This document shows positions 19,212-29,772 of a stretch of DNA of 64,000 nt, piece after piece. This DNA comes from Acidobacteriota bacterium. GTDB lineage: Bacteria; Acidobacteriota; UBA6911; RPQK01; JAJDTT01. The DNA lies in NCBI GenBank assembly GCA_965219855.1, contig CBDCOR010000022.1, forward strand, positions 835,826 to 899,825. Reading direction: 5' to 3'. The translations under genes were made by a program, and so were the position numbers. Every line of letters begins with the position of its first letter. Positions within the stretch are counted from its first letter, which is position 1. The notes beneath the pieces were generated by a model. The model had not been told where the DNA came from. It was given only the letters and a program-made list of their open reading frames with translations, and searched no databases.

Positions 19212-20546
19212 TTAGGTCAGGCGGGAGAACCCACTTTCCGCTATCGGTCCCCGCAAGCGATTTTCTGCGTCTCCCTTTTCGATCGCTTCGGCTAGTTCAG
19301 CGAAGGTCGAGTCGAGTGCTTCCAGATACTGATCCAGGACTTTATCGGTGTGAGCATAGGAGGCGCAAAAGGACTCTGTTGCCAGGAATCCCCGGTTCAA
19401 CATGTGTTGGGTTAGGAGCGTGCCAAGGGCCTTTGCCTGAGTTCCATAGTTCAGGGAAAAGCTGCACATGGGATGCTGTCCGTGGACACCGACCGCCAAA
19501 CCGTGTTTCTTAGTGAGTAGTCGCCAGCCCTCCTGGACCTTGCCGCCGATTCGATCGATATGCGCAGAGAGCCCAATCTTTTTCATTTTCTTGAGGGTGG
19601 CCAAGGCGGCCGTCGGTCCAATGGCGTCGGTCCAGGTGGTGCTGCTTATGAAGGAGACCTCGGCGGCGCTCATGACCTCTCTTCTGCCGATGATGGCGGC
19701 CATCGGGTAGCCGTTGGAGATCGACTTGGAAAAGACCGCGATGTCTGGATCCATGCCCAGTTTCAGGTGGACGCCTCCCAGACAGAATCGCCAGCCCGCG
19801 CTGACCTCGTCGAAAACCAGTACGGCGCCGATGGAATCCGCGATTTCCCGGACTCGCTCCAGGAAGTTGTTCTCGGGCCAATCGCGCCGCATGGGCTCCA
19901 TCACGATGCCTGCCAGATCCGAGCCGTGTTGGGCCACCAGCTCCTCTAACTCTTCTAGATGGTTGTAGCGGAAGGGCAGCGCTGTACCCTGAAGGCCTCG
20001 GGGGACGCCTCTGGGTTCGAGCCCTGGCATCAAGTGCCCGTCGAGGGCACTGTCGCTGGCCAGATTCGCCGCCAGATACCAATCGCTCCAGCCGTGGTAG
20101 CCGCAGAACGCGATCTTGTCACGCCCAGTGAAGGCGCGGGCGATCCGGGCTGCAATCGACATCGACTCGCCACCGGCTCGAGCATAGCGCACGCTGTCGG
20201 CCCAGGGATGCAGCTGGCATAGGAGATCCGCCAGCTCAACCTCTGCCGGGGAGTTCAAGGAGCTCATGTTCCCCTTGTCGACGGCCTCCTTGACCGCGCT
20301 GTTGACATCGTCATCGGCAAAGCCCAGAAGACTGTTTCCGACAGAGTGAATGCTTACATCTATGAGCCGACGGCCGTCCAGATCCCAGACCTCGCAGCCC
20401 TTTGCTCGGCTGTAATAGGAAGGCCACAGCTTGGGCAAGAATCTCTCGGGACGCTTGCTTAATCCGAAGTTACCCTGAAAACTAGCTGAAAAACAACCTG
20501 TAAGCCATTGTGGATCATCAGGTAAGGGTCTTTTTGTGTTCGACAA
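19212..20546 (-). pseudogene. Class-III PLP-dependent aminotransferase (GSA-aminomutase-like). Its 5' end is interrupted by IS1634 copy 1.
   Basis: The core domain is intact (...LYxxAKxxIPGG-like, GNSLLGF, VFDEV). The current ORF start at 20546 lies inside the IS left end. The original first ~32 codons (MDYSKVDWKRSSGAELYRHAKTKIPGGTQL) are on the far side of the IS at 22426-22520. The stop codon sits in the TTAG flank of the MITE. Confidence 0.7.
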
Positions 20547-22425
20547 TCTGTACCCATGTAATAGTTGCTTTAGTGTCCTTTATTGTCGGTAGTATGTGAT
20601 ATTATAGTGCCCATGTACATCGAATCCGTTCCCAACCGCAACTCGCCCCCGGCCATTCTCCTGCGCGAGTCCTACCGGCAAGCCGGCAAGGTGCGCAAGC
20701 GCACTCTGGCTAACCTCAGCAAGTGGCCCGCGGAGATCGTCGAAGGCCTGCGCAGCCTCTTGAAGGGAGGCTCCGTCATCTCCGACTTGAGCCAAGCCTT
20801 CCAGGTCCAGCGCACTCGCCCCCATGGTCATGTGGCGGCCGTCTTGGGTACCCTGCGCCGCCTCGGTTTGGAGCGCTTACTGGCCACTCGCAACAGCCTG
20901 CAGCGCCGCCTGGTAGTGGCCCTGATCGTGGCGCGCATCCTGGAGCCCCGCTCCAAGCTGGCCACCGCACGCGGATGGGATCCCCAGACCCTGTCCAGCA
21001 GCTTGGGCGAGCTCTTACAGGTGGAGGCCGCGACGGCCGATGATCTGTACGGCGCCTTGGACTGGCTGCTCGTTCGACAACCAAAGATTGAAAACCAGCT
21101 GGCGGCTCAGCGCCTGCAGGACGGTTGCCTCGTGATCTACGACGTCACCTCGACCTACTTCGAAGGGAGGAGTTGCCCGTTGGCCCAGCGGGGGTATTCC
21201 CGAGACGGCAAAGGGGGTACGCTGCAGATCGTCTTCGGCCTGCTGTGCGACCGTCAAGGCTGCCCTGTCGCGGTCGAGGTCTTCGAAGGCAACCGAGCGG
21301 ACCCCACAACAGTGACCAGCCAAATCCAAAAACTGCGCCAACGCTTCGGGTTGCGCTCGGTGGTGGTGGTCGCCGATCGAGGAATGCTGACGGAAGCCCG
21401 CATTCGGGAGGAGCTCAAGCCGCTGCCCGGCATGGGCTGGATCACGGCCCTGCGAGGCCCTCAGATCCGCAAACTGTTTCAATCCGGTCCGCTGCAGCTG
21501 TCCCTGTTTGATCAACGCGACCTGGCCGAGATCCAGAGCCCGGACTACCCCGGGGAACGGCTCATTGTCTGCCGTAATCCCCTCTTAGCGGAGGAACGGG
21601 CCCGCAATCGCCAGCAACTGCTCCAGGCGACCGAGCTGGAGTTGGAGAAGATTGTCCAGGCAACGCAACGTCCGAAGCGTCGCTTCAAGGGCAAGGATCG
21701 GATTGCCCTGCGGGTGGGCAAAGTCCTCAACCGCTACAAAGTGGGCAAGCATTTTGTCCTGGAGATCGGCGAGGAGTCCTTCTCCTACCAGCGCCGGCAG
21801 GAGCGCATCGAGCAGGAGGCGGCACTGGACGGGATCTATGTGATTCGCACCAACCTGGCCCGCGAGCAAATGGATGCCGAACAAACGGTGGCTGCCTACA
21901 AGGGGTTGTCCGTCGCCGAACGGGCCTTCCGCAGCTGTAAGAGTGTCGATCTGAAGGTCCGACCCATTTACCACCATCTGGAGGATCGGGTCCGCGCTCA
22001 CGTCTTTCTGTGCATGCTTGCCTACTACGTCGAGTGGCACATGCGACAGAAGTTAGCTCCGATCCTGTTCGACGACGAGGATCCCGAGGCGGGGAGGCAG
22101 CTTCGCGATTCGGTGGTGGCACCCTCTCAGCGCTCTCCTCAGGCCCTCCGCAAGGCTCACCGCAAGCGCACCGTTGAGGGTGGGCCCGTGCACAGCTTTC
22201 AGACCTTGCTCAGCGATTTGGCCACGATCTCCAAAAACCGGATTCAGCCGCAGTTGCCCGGCTCAGCAGCCTTCGACAAAATCACCCGTCCCACATCGCT
22301 TCAGCAGCGAGCCCTGGATCTCCTCGGCGTTCGTCTATAATGTACCCAGTACCGACGCAGCTGATTTGTAGCATTACCCCAATCTTAACAATAGGTTACA
22401 TCACTTTTCTACGAGGTAACTTAGG
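20465..22425 (+). mobile_element. IS1634-family insertion sequence, copy 1, intact.
   Basis: Imperfect terminal inverted repeats are CCGAAGTTACCCTG and the reverse complement of CGAGGTAACTTAGG. A 6-bp direct repeat CTTAAT flanks both ends. 1961 bp. Confidence 0.85.
20583..22340 (+). CDS. IS1634-family (IS4-like) DDE transposase.
   Basis: 585 aa. The N-terminus MYIESVPNRNSPPAILLRESYRQAGKVRKRTLANLSKW is typical of IS1634 transposases. Confidence 0.85.
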   Translation: MSVVCDIIVPMYIESVPNRNSPPAILLRESYRQAGKVRKRTLANLSKWPAEIVEGLRSLLKGGSVISDLSQAFQVQRTRPHGHVAAVLGTLRRLGLERLLATRNSLQRRLVVALIVARILEPRSKLATARGWDPQTLSSSLGELLQVEAATADDLYGALDWLLVRQPKIENQLAAQRLQDGCLVIYDVTSTYFEGRSCPLAQRGYSRDGKGGTLQIVFGLLCDRQGCPVAVEVFEGNRADPTTVTSQIQKLRQRFGLRSVVVVADRGMLTEARIREELKPLPGMGWITALRGPQIRKLFQSGPLQLSLFDQRDLAEIQSPDYPGERLIVCRNPLLAEERARNRQQLLQATELELEKIVQATQRPKRRFKGKDRIALRVGKVLNRYKVGKHFVLEIGEESFSYQRRQERIEQEAALDGIYVIRTNLAREQMDAEQTVAAYKGLSVAERAFRSCKSVDLKVRPIYHHLEDRVRAHVFLCMLAYYVEWHMRQKLAPILFDDEDPEAGRQLRDSVVAPSQRSPQALRKAHRKRTVEGGPVHSFQTLLSDLATISKNRIQPQLPGSAAFDKITRPTSLQQRALDLLGVRL

Positions 22426-22520
22426 CTTAATAGCTGTGTCCCACCTGGGATTTTGGTTTTGGCATGCCGGTAAAGCTCGGCTCCAGAGCTGCGTTTCCAA
22501 TCTACCTTCGAGTAGTCCAT
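22426..22520 (-). pseudogene. Displaced 5' fragment (about 32 codons) of the class-III aminotransferase.
   Basis: Translation in frame gives MDYSKVDWKRSSGAELYRHAKTKIPGGTQLLSK. After removing the IS and one copy of CTTAAT it continues into the downstream fragment. Confidence 0.55.
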
Positions 22521-22616
22521 GTTCGCTTAAGCTCCTTATACGCTCGGCTCATTATAGCCCCGACAGAAAAGGGACCCAATCGCTGAGATCTGGAATTTAG
22601 AATACAATCGTCGCCT

Positions 22617-24404
22617 GTGACCGAGATCCGCAAGCTTTTTCCCTATCTCCGACCGTATTTCCCAATCCTTGTCCTGGCGCTGATCCTGCTCATTCTCACC
22701 GGTGCTCTCGAGATTGTTCCTGTCACGCTGCTTTCTCCTATCCTAAATCAGTGGTCCAGTGACGGCGCACAGGCGGGCGCCGCCGCTGAGGGCAAGTTCG
22801 GCTTTCTCCACGATTGGTTGGGTCTCCAAGAGAATCCGCTTTCGCGGATTGCCTACGTCCTGGTGGGATTTGCGTTTCTTAAGGGACTCTTTCTCTACTG
22901 TGCGGAGTATGCCATGGGGTATACCGGCCACAGAGTGGTGGCCGCGCTTAGGAATGACCTCTACGGGCATCTCCTGGAGCAATCGCTTGCCTTCTTTGCT
23001 CGCAATACCAGTGGAAGGCTGATGGTTCGCGTGGTTAGCGACACCGAACGGCTTCAGATCGCAGTAAGCAGGATCTTGACGGATTTTCTTCGGCAGATTT
23101 TCCTGTTTCTCTTCTTCCTTGGGCTAGTAATGTACACCGATTGGAGGCTGGCTCTCCTGTCTTTTCTCGTCGCACCCCTGGTACTGTCCATCATTTTGAA
23201 CCTGGGCCGAAAGATCCGTACCGCCAGTCGTTGGAGTCAGGAGCACCTGGAGGAAATAAGTCACGCCTTGCAGGAGACGATTGCGGGAAACCAGATCGTT
23301 AAGGCGTTCACCATGGAGGATTACGAGAAGAGACGCTTTCGGAAACTCAACCAGGATTTGGTCCGAGTCAACTTGAAGGCGGCGCGCATCGGTGCCCTGA
23401 ATTCGCCTTTGATCGAGTTCATCGGCTACGTCTCCTTTTTCCCCTTCCTTCTCTACGCGCACCATCAGATGAACCAGGGTCTCACGATTGGTGTTTTCGC
23501 GGTCTTTCTGGTCTCTCTATTCCGGCTCTATGAACCCATCAGAAAGCTGTCCCGGATGCATCTGCACTTCCAACATTCCTCGGCCTCCGCCGGCCGAATT
23601 TTCGATCTCCTGGCAACCCGCATGGAGATCCCAGATCTACCCGAGGCACGGACGCTAACGCCCTTAAGCCGAGAGATCGCATTCGAAGGGGTTTGCTTCA
23701 GCTACGAAGAGGGTGGGGACAGTGCCATCCTGCAGGACTTGGATCTCTCGATAGGGCGGGGGGAGATCGTCGCCCTGGTGGGTCCAAGTGGCGCCGGAAA
23801 GTCGAGCATGGCAAGCCTGATCCCCAGGTTCTTCGACGTTACCTCGGGCTGCATCACGATTGATGGTGTCGACATTCGTGAGGTTCGACTGGAGTCTCTG
23901 CGAGATCAGATCGCAATCGTGACTCAAGACACCTTCCTGTTCAACGACTCGGTAGCGAACAACATCGGCTATGGCAGGGAAGATTGCTCCTCGGATGAGA
24001 TCGAAGAGGCGGCTAAAGCTGCCTTCATCCACGATGTAATCAAGGCCCTTCCGAGCGGTTATGACACCGTTATCGGAGACCGAGGGCAACAGCTCTCAGG
24101 TGGGCAACGTCAGCGAATCGCCATCGCTAGGGCGATTCTCAAGCAGGCCCCCATACTGATCTTGGATGAGGCCACCTCGGCTCTGGACACGGAATCCGAG
24201 CAGTTGGTTCAAAATGCCCTCCACAATCTGATGGAGAATCGCACCACCCTCGTCATAGCGCACCGGCTGTCAACGGTGCGAAAGGCGGATCGGATCGTCT
24301 TGCTCGACGCCGGACGAATCATCGACGTCGGCGATCACCAAGGCCTTCTGAACCGTTCTCTACTCTACCAGCGGTTGTCTGACGCGCAGTCGGAGGCGAG
24401 TTAA
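22617..24404 (+). CDS. ABC transporter, fused permease/ATPase, MsbA-like lipid or multidrug exporter.
   Basis: 595 aa with six N-terminal TM helices. Walker A GPSGAGKSS, ABC signature LSGGQRQR and Walker B ILILDEATSALD. Confidence 0.85.
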   Translation: MTEIRKLFPYLRPYFPILVLALILLILTGALEIVPVTLLSPILNQWSSDGAQAGAAAEGKFGFLHDWLGLQENPLSRIAYVLVGFAFLKGLFLYCAEYAMGYTGHRVVAALRNDLYGHLLEQSLAFFARNTSGRLMVRVVSDTERLQIAVSRILTDFLRQIFLFLFFLGLVMYTDWRLALLSFLVAPLVLSIILNLGRKIRTASRWSQEHLEEISHALQETIAGNQIVKAFTMEDYEKRRFRKLNQDLVRVNLKAARIGALNSPLIEFIGYVSFFPFLLYAHHQMNQGLTIGVFAVFLVSLFRLYEPIRKLSRMHLHFQHSSASAGRIFDLLATRMEIPDLPEARTLTPLSREIAFEGVCFSYEEGGDSAILQDLDLSIGRGEIVALVGPSGAGKSSMASLIPRFFDVTSGCITIDGVDIREVRLESLRDQIAIVTQDTFLFNDSVANNIGYGREDCSSDEIEEAAKAAFIHDVIKALPSGYDTVIGDRGQQLSGGQRQRIAIARAILKQAPILILDEATSALDTESEQLVQNALHNLMENRTTLVIAHRLSTVRKADRIVLLDAGRIIDVGDHQGLLNRSLLYQRLSDAQSEAS

Positions 24405-24406
24405 AT

Positions 24407-24567
24407 AAGAGGTCGCACGTCGGAACGTCTGAACGTCGCACGTCCCAAGTCCCAAGTCCCTCAGACTTCCGGTGAACTCTTCAGGCTGGCAGCTATCACG
24501 GGGGCTCAGCAAACCGAAACCCAGCCTGGGACGTGCGACGTGCAGACGTTCCGACGTGCGACTCTTT
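24407..24567. repeat. REP-like palindromic element, full length.
   Basis: The ~40-nt arms are AAGAGGTCGCACGTCGGAACGTCTGAACGTCGCACGTCCCA and its inverted partner. It lies in the convergent gap between the ABC transporter gene and fabI. Confidence 0.6.
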
Positions 24568-25399
24568 AATCTGCCTCCGGTTCCCCGTATAACGCCTCCA
24601 GGACCGAATCGCTGATGCCTACGGAACTGAACCCACCGTCGTGATAGATGTTCTGCATGGTTACTTTGCGGCATAAGTCGGAAAGCAAGGCTACTACAAA
24701 GTCGGCGCAATCGCCGGCTTGCGCGTTTCCCAGGGGGGACATCTTGTCGGCGATATCATAGAGCTGATCGAAGCCTTTGATTCCTCCGCCTGCAGTTGTC
24801 TTGGTGGGGCTCTGTGAGACGGTGTTGATGCGGATGCCTTTTTGTCCCAGGTGGTAGCCCAGACTACGAGTAACGCTCTCGAGCAGGGCTTTGGCGTCTG
24901 CCATGTCGGAGTAGCGGGAAAAGACTCTCTGCGCACCGATGTAGGTGAGCGCCGCAATACTTCCCCCTTCGTTGAGGGCGTCGGCCTTCAAGGCCTGGCT
25001 TACGATTCGGTGTAGAGAGAGTGCTGATACGTCTAGGGTCTTGTGGAACCAGTCGTAGTTGAGATCATCGTAGGATCTCAACTTTCGTACGTTAGGTGAC
25101 ATGCCAATCGAGTGGACGATAAAATCCACCTTGCCCAAGCTTTGCTTCAATTGCTCGAAAGCAGCCTCGACATCCTGGCTGGAGCTGGCGTCACAGGGAA
25201 TCAAGGGAGCGTCGTCACAAAGCTTTGCTAGCTCCTGCACTCTTCCCAGGCGAAAAGCGACCTTCACATTTGAAATGGCCAGGCGGGCTCCTTCTCTGTG
25301 ACAGGCGAGTGCGGTGTGCCATCCCAGGCTGTGCTCGTTCAACGGTCCGAAAACGATTCCCTTCTTATCTCTCAGCAGACCATAGCTTCTTTGCTCCAT
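24566..25399 (-). CDS. fabI: Enoyl-ACP reductase FabI (NADH).
   Basis: The start is taken at MEQRSYGLLRDKKGIVFG. The SDR-like fold carries the FabI-type YxxxxxxK region (YIGAQRVFSRYSDMADAKALLES). Confidence 0.75.
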   Translation of the reverse strand: MEQRSYGLLRDKKGIVFGPLNEHSLGWHTALACHREGARLAISNVKVAFRLGRVQELAKLCDDAPLIPCDASSSQDVEAAFEQLKQSLGKVDFIVHSIGMSPNVRKLRSYDDLNYDWFHKTLDVSALSLHRIVSQALKADALNEGGSIAALTYIGAQRVFSRYSDMADAKALLESVTRSLGYHLGQKGIRINTVSQSPTKTTAGGGIKGFDQLYDIADKMSPLGNAQAGDCADFVVALLSDLCRKVTMQNIYHDGGFSSVGISDSVLEALYGEPEAD

Positions 25400-25728
25400 C
25401 GATGTCTCCTCTAAGGGCTCGTGCAAGAATAACTTCACATTCTGGCATCTCATCTTCACACCATCTTCGGCCCCTCCTCAATCGCGAAATCCTCAACGTA
25501 GGCCTGGCTACGCCTGCGGATTCGCTCAATCGTTCGCGGCCAAGTCTGGCGCAAATCTGAGCGCCAACTCTGCGAAGTTATTCTTGCACGAACCCTAAGG
25601 ACGGATCATGCTACAGATCAGGGTCGGGAATCCAGTATGCGACACTCCTCAGATCGTGGTTCGCTTCCGACCCCGAGCGGCAACCGGTGACAGCCCTCCG
25701 ATCGCACTTATGTTACAGTCCCCCAGGT

Positions 25729-26742
25729 ATGTCCAAGCTGAGATTGGGACTGGCGGGATACGGAGGGTGGACTCGAGAGGCCTATGTGCCCGCGATCCAG
25801 CGTTCTGGCTCTGCCGACATCGTCGCGGCTGCGGCGGTCAGTTTGGCAACCCGGCAGCGGATTGGGGCCGAGTTGGGGGCTGGAGTGCGGATCTACGAGG
25901 GTTTTGAGGCCCTCCTGGAAGACCCGGATCTGGATGCGGTGTTCCTGGCATTACCCGACAGCCGGCATGAGGCGGCAATCCTTGCTGCCATCGAAACCGG
26001 GAAACCCTTCTTCTACGAGCCTCCCGTAGCCGAGAGTCTGGATCGAATTCGACCGGTATTGGGTCGGCTCCTGGAAGCACCTCAAATCACTCAGGCCGAC
26101 ATGGAGCTGAGATTCATTCCCCTGGTCAATCGAGCGGCTCAGTTAGTTGCCGAAGGGGCAATTGGCGAGCCACGGACGGCGAGTATTCGAATGCGTGCTT
26201 CCTGGAAACCTGCGGCCCATGCGCAGATCAGCCTGATGCACTCGCTGGTGGCCTGGTACGTTGACGCTTTGGATCGGGTAGTGGGACGATCTGCAGAAAG
26301 AGTCCTGGTCCAGGACGGTAGGGGAACGCCAGGCCGGGTGCAGGGGTATACACTGGTTCAGCTGGACTACGGCGGGATCTGGGGGACCTTCGATGCCAGC
26401 ATTTCCAGCGTATGCAGTGAGCCTGAAACGCAGATTGAGGTCTGTGGAGAGGAGGGCGATCTGGTCGAGGACCTCTTCACGGGAGAGTTGAGGGTGAGGA
26501 CGAAGGCCGAGAGCCAGTGGCGATCAGAGCTCGTTCCTGCGCTCCAGCCCCATGTTGGTTGGCCAGGAATGCATGAATGTGTGGCGGATTTTCTGGACGC
26601 AGTTGCAATCAATGGGTCGACCGGAGCCGATGCCGTAGCCCTGGCTCAGGCTCACCTGGTGGGGCTGGCAGGAGAGGCTTCCCTCGACAGTGGAACCTGG
26701 GCTCAGGTCGAACGCGTCGAGGATTTGGCTCAGGGGGACTAA
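25729..26742 (+). CDS. Gfo/Idh/MocA-family oxidoreductase.
   Basis: MSKLRLGLAGYGGWTREAYVPAI gives an immediate Rossmann motif. An internal ATG is chosen as start over the upstream GTG. Confidence 0.75.
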   Translation: MSKLRLGLAGYGGWTREAYVPAIQRSGSADIVAAAAVSLATRQRIGAELGAGVRIYEGFEALLEDPDLDAVFLALPDSRHEAAILAAIETGKPFFYEPPVAESLDRIRPVLGRLLEAPQITQADMELRFIPLVNRAAQLVAEGAIGEPRTASIRMRASWKPAAHAQISLMHSLVAWYVDALDRVVGRSAERVLVQDGRGTPGRVQGYTLVQLDYGGIWGTFDASISSVCSEPETQIEVCGEEGDLVEDLFTGELRVRTKAESQWRSELVPALQPHVGWPGMHECVADFLDAVAINGSTGADAVALAQAHLVGLAGEASLDSGTWAQVERVEDLAQGD

Positions 26743-26755
26743 AGGGAGCAGCAAG

Positions 26756-27301
26756 ATGTCGATCTGGAAGTTGCTGGGCTTAGAAGGCAAGGGACCGATT
26801 GGGAAGGGCAGTAACGATGCGGGGGAGGACGCCGAAACCATCCGCAAGATTACACATGCCCTGGAGGAATTGCCCTCGGATCAAGCCCGGTTCCTAGCGG
26901 TCTTCGCCTTCATCCTGAGTCGCGTAGCCCACGCGGATCTCGAGATCAGCGAGGACGAGACCAGGGAAATGGAAAGGATCGTCAAAGAGATGGGATCGGT
27001 CCCCGAGGCACAGGCAGTTCTAGTAGTTCAGATCGCCAAGACCCAGAGCCTCCTCTTCGGAGGAACCGAGAACTTTCTGGTAACGAGAGAGTTCAACAAG
27101 ATTGCAACCCGTGAAGACAAACTCAAGCTGCTGGAATGTCTCTTCGCCGTCTCCTCTTCAGAAGAAGGTATCTCCAGCGCCGAGGACACCGAGATCCGTC
27201 AAATCAGCCGCGAGCTTCTTCTGGAACACAGCGACTTCATCGCCGTCCGGTCCGTGTATCGGGAGCATTTGAACGTCTTGAAGAAGAGGTCGCACGTCTG
27301 A
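26756..27301 (+). CDS. TerB-family (tellurite-resistance TerB-like) protein.
   Basis: Two acidic helical repeats (EISEDETREMERIV, ISSAEDTEIRQISREL). The last four codons are encoded by the REP-like repeat. Confidence 0.65.
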   Translation: MSIWKLLGLEGKGPIGKGSNDAGEDAETIRKITHALEELPSDQARFLAVFAFILSRVAHADLEISEDETREMERIVKEMGSVPEAQAVLVVQIAKTQSLLFGGTENFLVTREFNKIATREDKLKLLECLFAVSSSEEGISSAEDTEIRQISRELLLEHSDFIAVRSVYREHLNVLKKRSHV

Positions 27302-27430
27302 ACGTCTGAACGTCGCACGTCCCAGATCCCCCAGACGTCAGCTGGACTTGTCAGGCTGGCAGGTATCACGGGGCTCAGCAAACCGGACCCCAGCTTGGGT
27401 CGTGCGACGTTCAGACGTGCGACCTCTTTT
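27284..27430. repeat. REP-like palindromic element whose right arm is one GAACGTC unit shorter.
   Basis: AAGAGGTCGCACGTCTGAACGTCTGAACGTCGCACGTCCCA ... TGGGTCGTGCGACGTTCAGACGTGCGACCTCTT. Confidence 0.6.
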
Positions 27431-27618
27431 ATATAGGTCGACTCCGGGTTAATTAAGTACCCCGTAGATCTCGAGACCGTGTCTGTGGGCAATAGGCGTA
27501 ACCGCCTTTACAGGTTCTCCGATCTGCTCCAGCATCTTGGAGCCGTACTTCATATAACCGAACATCGTGCCAGCCCAGTAGGACTGAGGATCCACGTCTC
27601 CGTAGTAGAGCCACTAGA

Positions 27619-29486
27619 CCCAAAATAAGCGCAAGTTCGAAAATAGACCCCTTTGTCGGCTCCGAGGAGCCATTTTGGAGACCTAAATTCTAAATTTCGG
27701 CGCGAAGTCACTCAGAACAGGCACGTGTTCAGCTGTCCTCCACGCCGATCGCTCAGGGAAAACGATTCTGCCCTCTTGGGGGGCGTTTGTAGAGACACCT
27801 CGCCCCAGCTCTGGCGACCCTCGGAGCTACTTTATCTCCTTTCAGTTTCAGGTAGCTGGCCGGTGTTTCAACCACTTACTGCCTTCCAAGAGAAGACGGC
27901 TCCAACCATTGACATCCAGCAGCCGATAGACCAACTGTCGGCCCCTGCGCAAAATCTGGCAGGGCATTTCAATGACCTCTCGCAGGAAACGGCGATACTC
28001 CATCTTCACCAGCTCTCGGGCTTGCAGTCGCGCCGGCAGCACCAACCCCATCCAGGCCTTCAGATTCCAGGCTTGAGCCGCAATCACCAGATAGGCCCAG
28101 TTGGCTACCAGCGTATCCGAGGGCATCCGCAGGGCCTCGACTCCGTTCTTGAGTTGTTCAATGACGTTCTCCTGGTTGCAGCGCCGGTTGTTTTCCCGTA
28201 CGACTCCCGCCGTTCCCAACGTTCTGGCCGAGATATTGGTGACATAAAAGTGGTAGCGCGTCTGCGGCAGCAGCCGCTTCTGGCCTTTCTCGACCAGGAT
28301 CGTCTTGCGCAAGATCACCATCCGATAGGTTCGCTTCGCTTTGCTCGGACGGTAGTCGATCTCCGCAATCTCTTCCCGTTCCAGCGTCAGCGTCTTGAAC
28401 CCGCGTCTCTTGACAATCTCCGGCTTCACTTTGTCCCGCCGCTGGCGCCGCTTCTTCCCTTTTCCTTTCCCCTGGCTGGGGCCCCCAGCTCTTTCCATCT
28501 CGCTTCTGGCAACGCCTCCGCCCACTTGACGAAGCTCGGATGGGCGTCGATCCCGAAGTCAAACTCCACGCCCGCCTCCGTCCAACGGTCAAAATGAGCC
28601 GTCAGCGAAAAATCCGTGTCCCCGCGCAGGCGCACCTTCCGAAAACCCGCCTCTCGAACCAGCTCGATACTCCGATCCAGCCATTCGGCCGCTCCCTCAT
28701 GAGAGGGACGGTTGCCCGAGCGGTTGACCGCATAGAGCACCTCTCCCGTATTGGCCAGCGTCACGATCAGCGGCGCATAGCCCCACTGCCCGTCGTAGCT
28801 GATCTCCATCCCTTCCTTGCATTCGCCGCTCGTGGGGGCCATCGTCCCATCCACGTCGATCTCCGCCCGTTGGAAGAAACGGGCCGGTTGTTGGGCCCAG
28901 ACCTTGAGGCGGCTGGCATTGACGGCTTCCATCAGATCCACCACGTCGGGCGCGTCAAAGCGGCGCACAAAGTCTCCGGCCGTGCTGGGGGCGGGGATCT
29001 TCTCGGCTCCCACCGCCTCCAGGAAACTCACACTCTGACGTCGCAGTTCAATATCCTGATAGCGGGTCCCGCCCGTGGCCACGTTGTAGATCAGGCTCAG
29101 GACGTGGTCCGATTCGTGGTACGGTTGGTGGCGTTTGAGCAGCGTCACCGCCTGGTCAATGGCTTTCCCCAGCCCACTCCACTTCACCACCTGCTGCAGC
29201 AGCCCCAGACCACCGTAACTGACCGCACCCGTTTTCTCCGAGACCTCGTAGCTGATGACCTCGGGCGAGAGCACCGGTTTCGGGTCTTGACCGTTCCAGC
29301 TGGGGCTCAATCGCTGAGCAACCTCTGCTTCCCGTTTGCGGATGATTGCGCTATCCTTTTTCTTCACCTGAAATGCCTCCTTTCGGCTTGTTCTGAAGTT
29401 TCTTTGACAACCCCAGAATACCCGTCAGGTCTGGCATTTCAGGTGTTTACATGTGGTTTAGTCCACTTTCATCTACTTCTTTTGGG
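27619..29486 (-). mobile_element. IS1380-family insertion sequence, copy B, about 99% identical to copy A.
   Basis: The terminal inverted repeats are the same as in copy A. The 6-bp direct repeat ACTAGA flanks both ends. 1868 bp, that is 1 nt shorter than copy A. Confidence 0.85.
27848..29367 (-). pseudogene. IS1380-family transposase disrupted by a 1-nt deletion (frameshift).
   Basis: Two overlapping ORFs (28426-29367 and 27848-28525) together cover the 506-aa protein of copy A. Copy A reads CTGGCTGGGGCGCCCCAG where copy B reads CTGGCTGGGGCCCCCAG. One Ile/Val substitution is also present. Confidence 0.8.
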
Positions 29487-29772
29487 ACTAGACTCGTTTG
29501 ACCCCCATGCTCTTGATCTGGGACATCATCTCGTTCAGGAGCTTCTCGGTGTAGAGGCCAAAGCCGACGTCGTCAGGGAAATCAACCGTTGCAGAAAGCA
29601 TGAAAGGACGCCACTCGCCGTCCCTGCAGAGGCTGAAACGAGACCGATGCCCAAGGCGCTGGCTAGCATCAGGAAGCGGTGTCTATTGGATCTGGTCGAA
29701 TCGGGAATCAACATGTAGATTCTCTCCTATCGGTTGTTGCGTCTCGGTTGAGGTAGGACCTGATTCTGGGGC

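Noticed and set aside
17217-19295. A 692-aa + strand ORF spanning IS1380-A, and its twin 28540-29718 across copy B.
   Set aside because: It is antisense to a well-supported transposase and has an Arg/Pro/Gly-rich low-complexity translation. It is a typical GC-rich shadow ORF.
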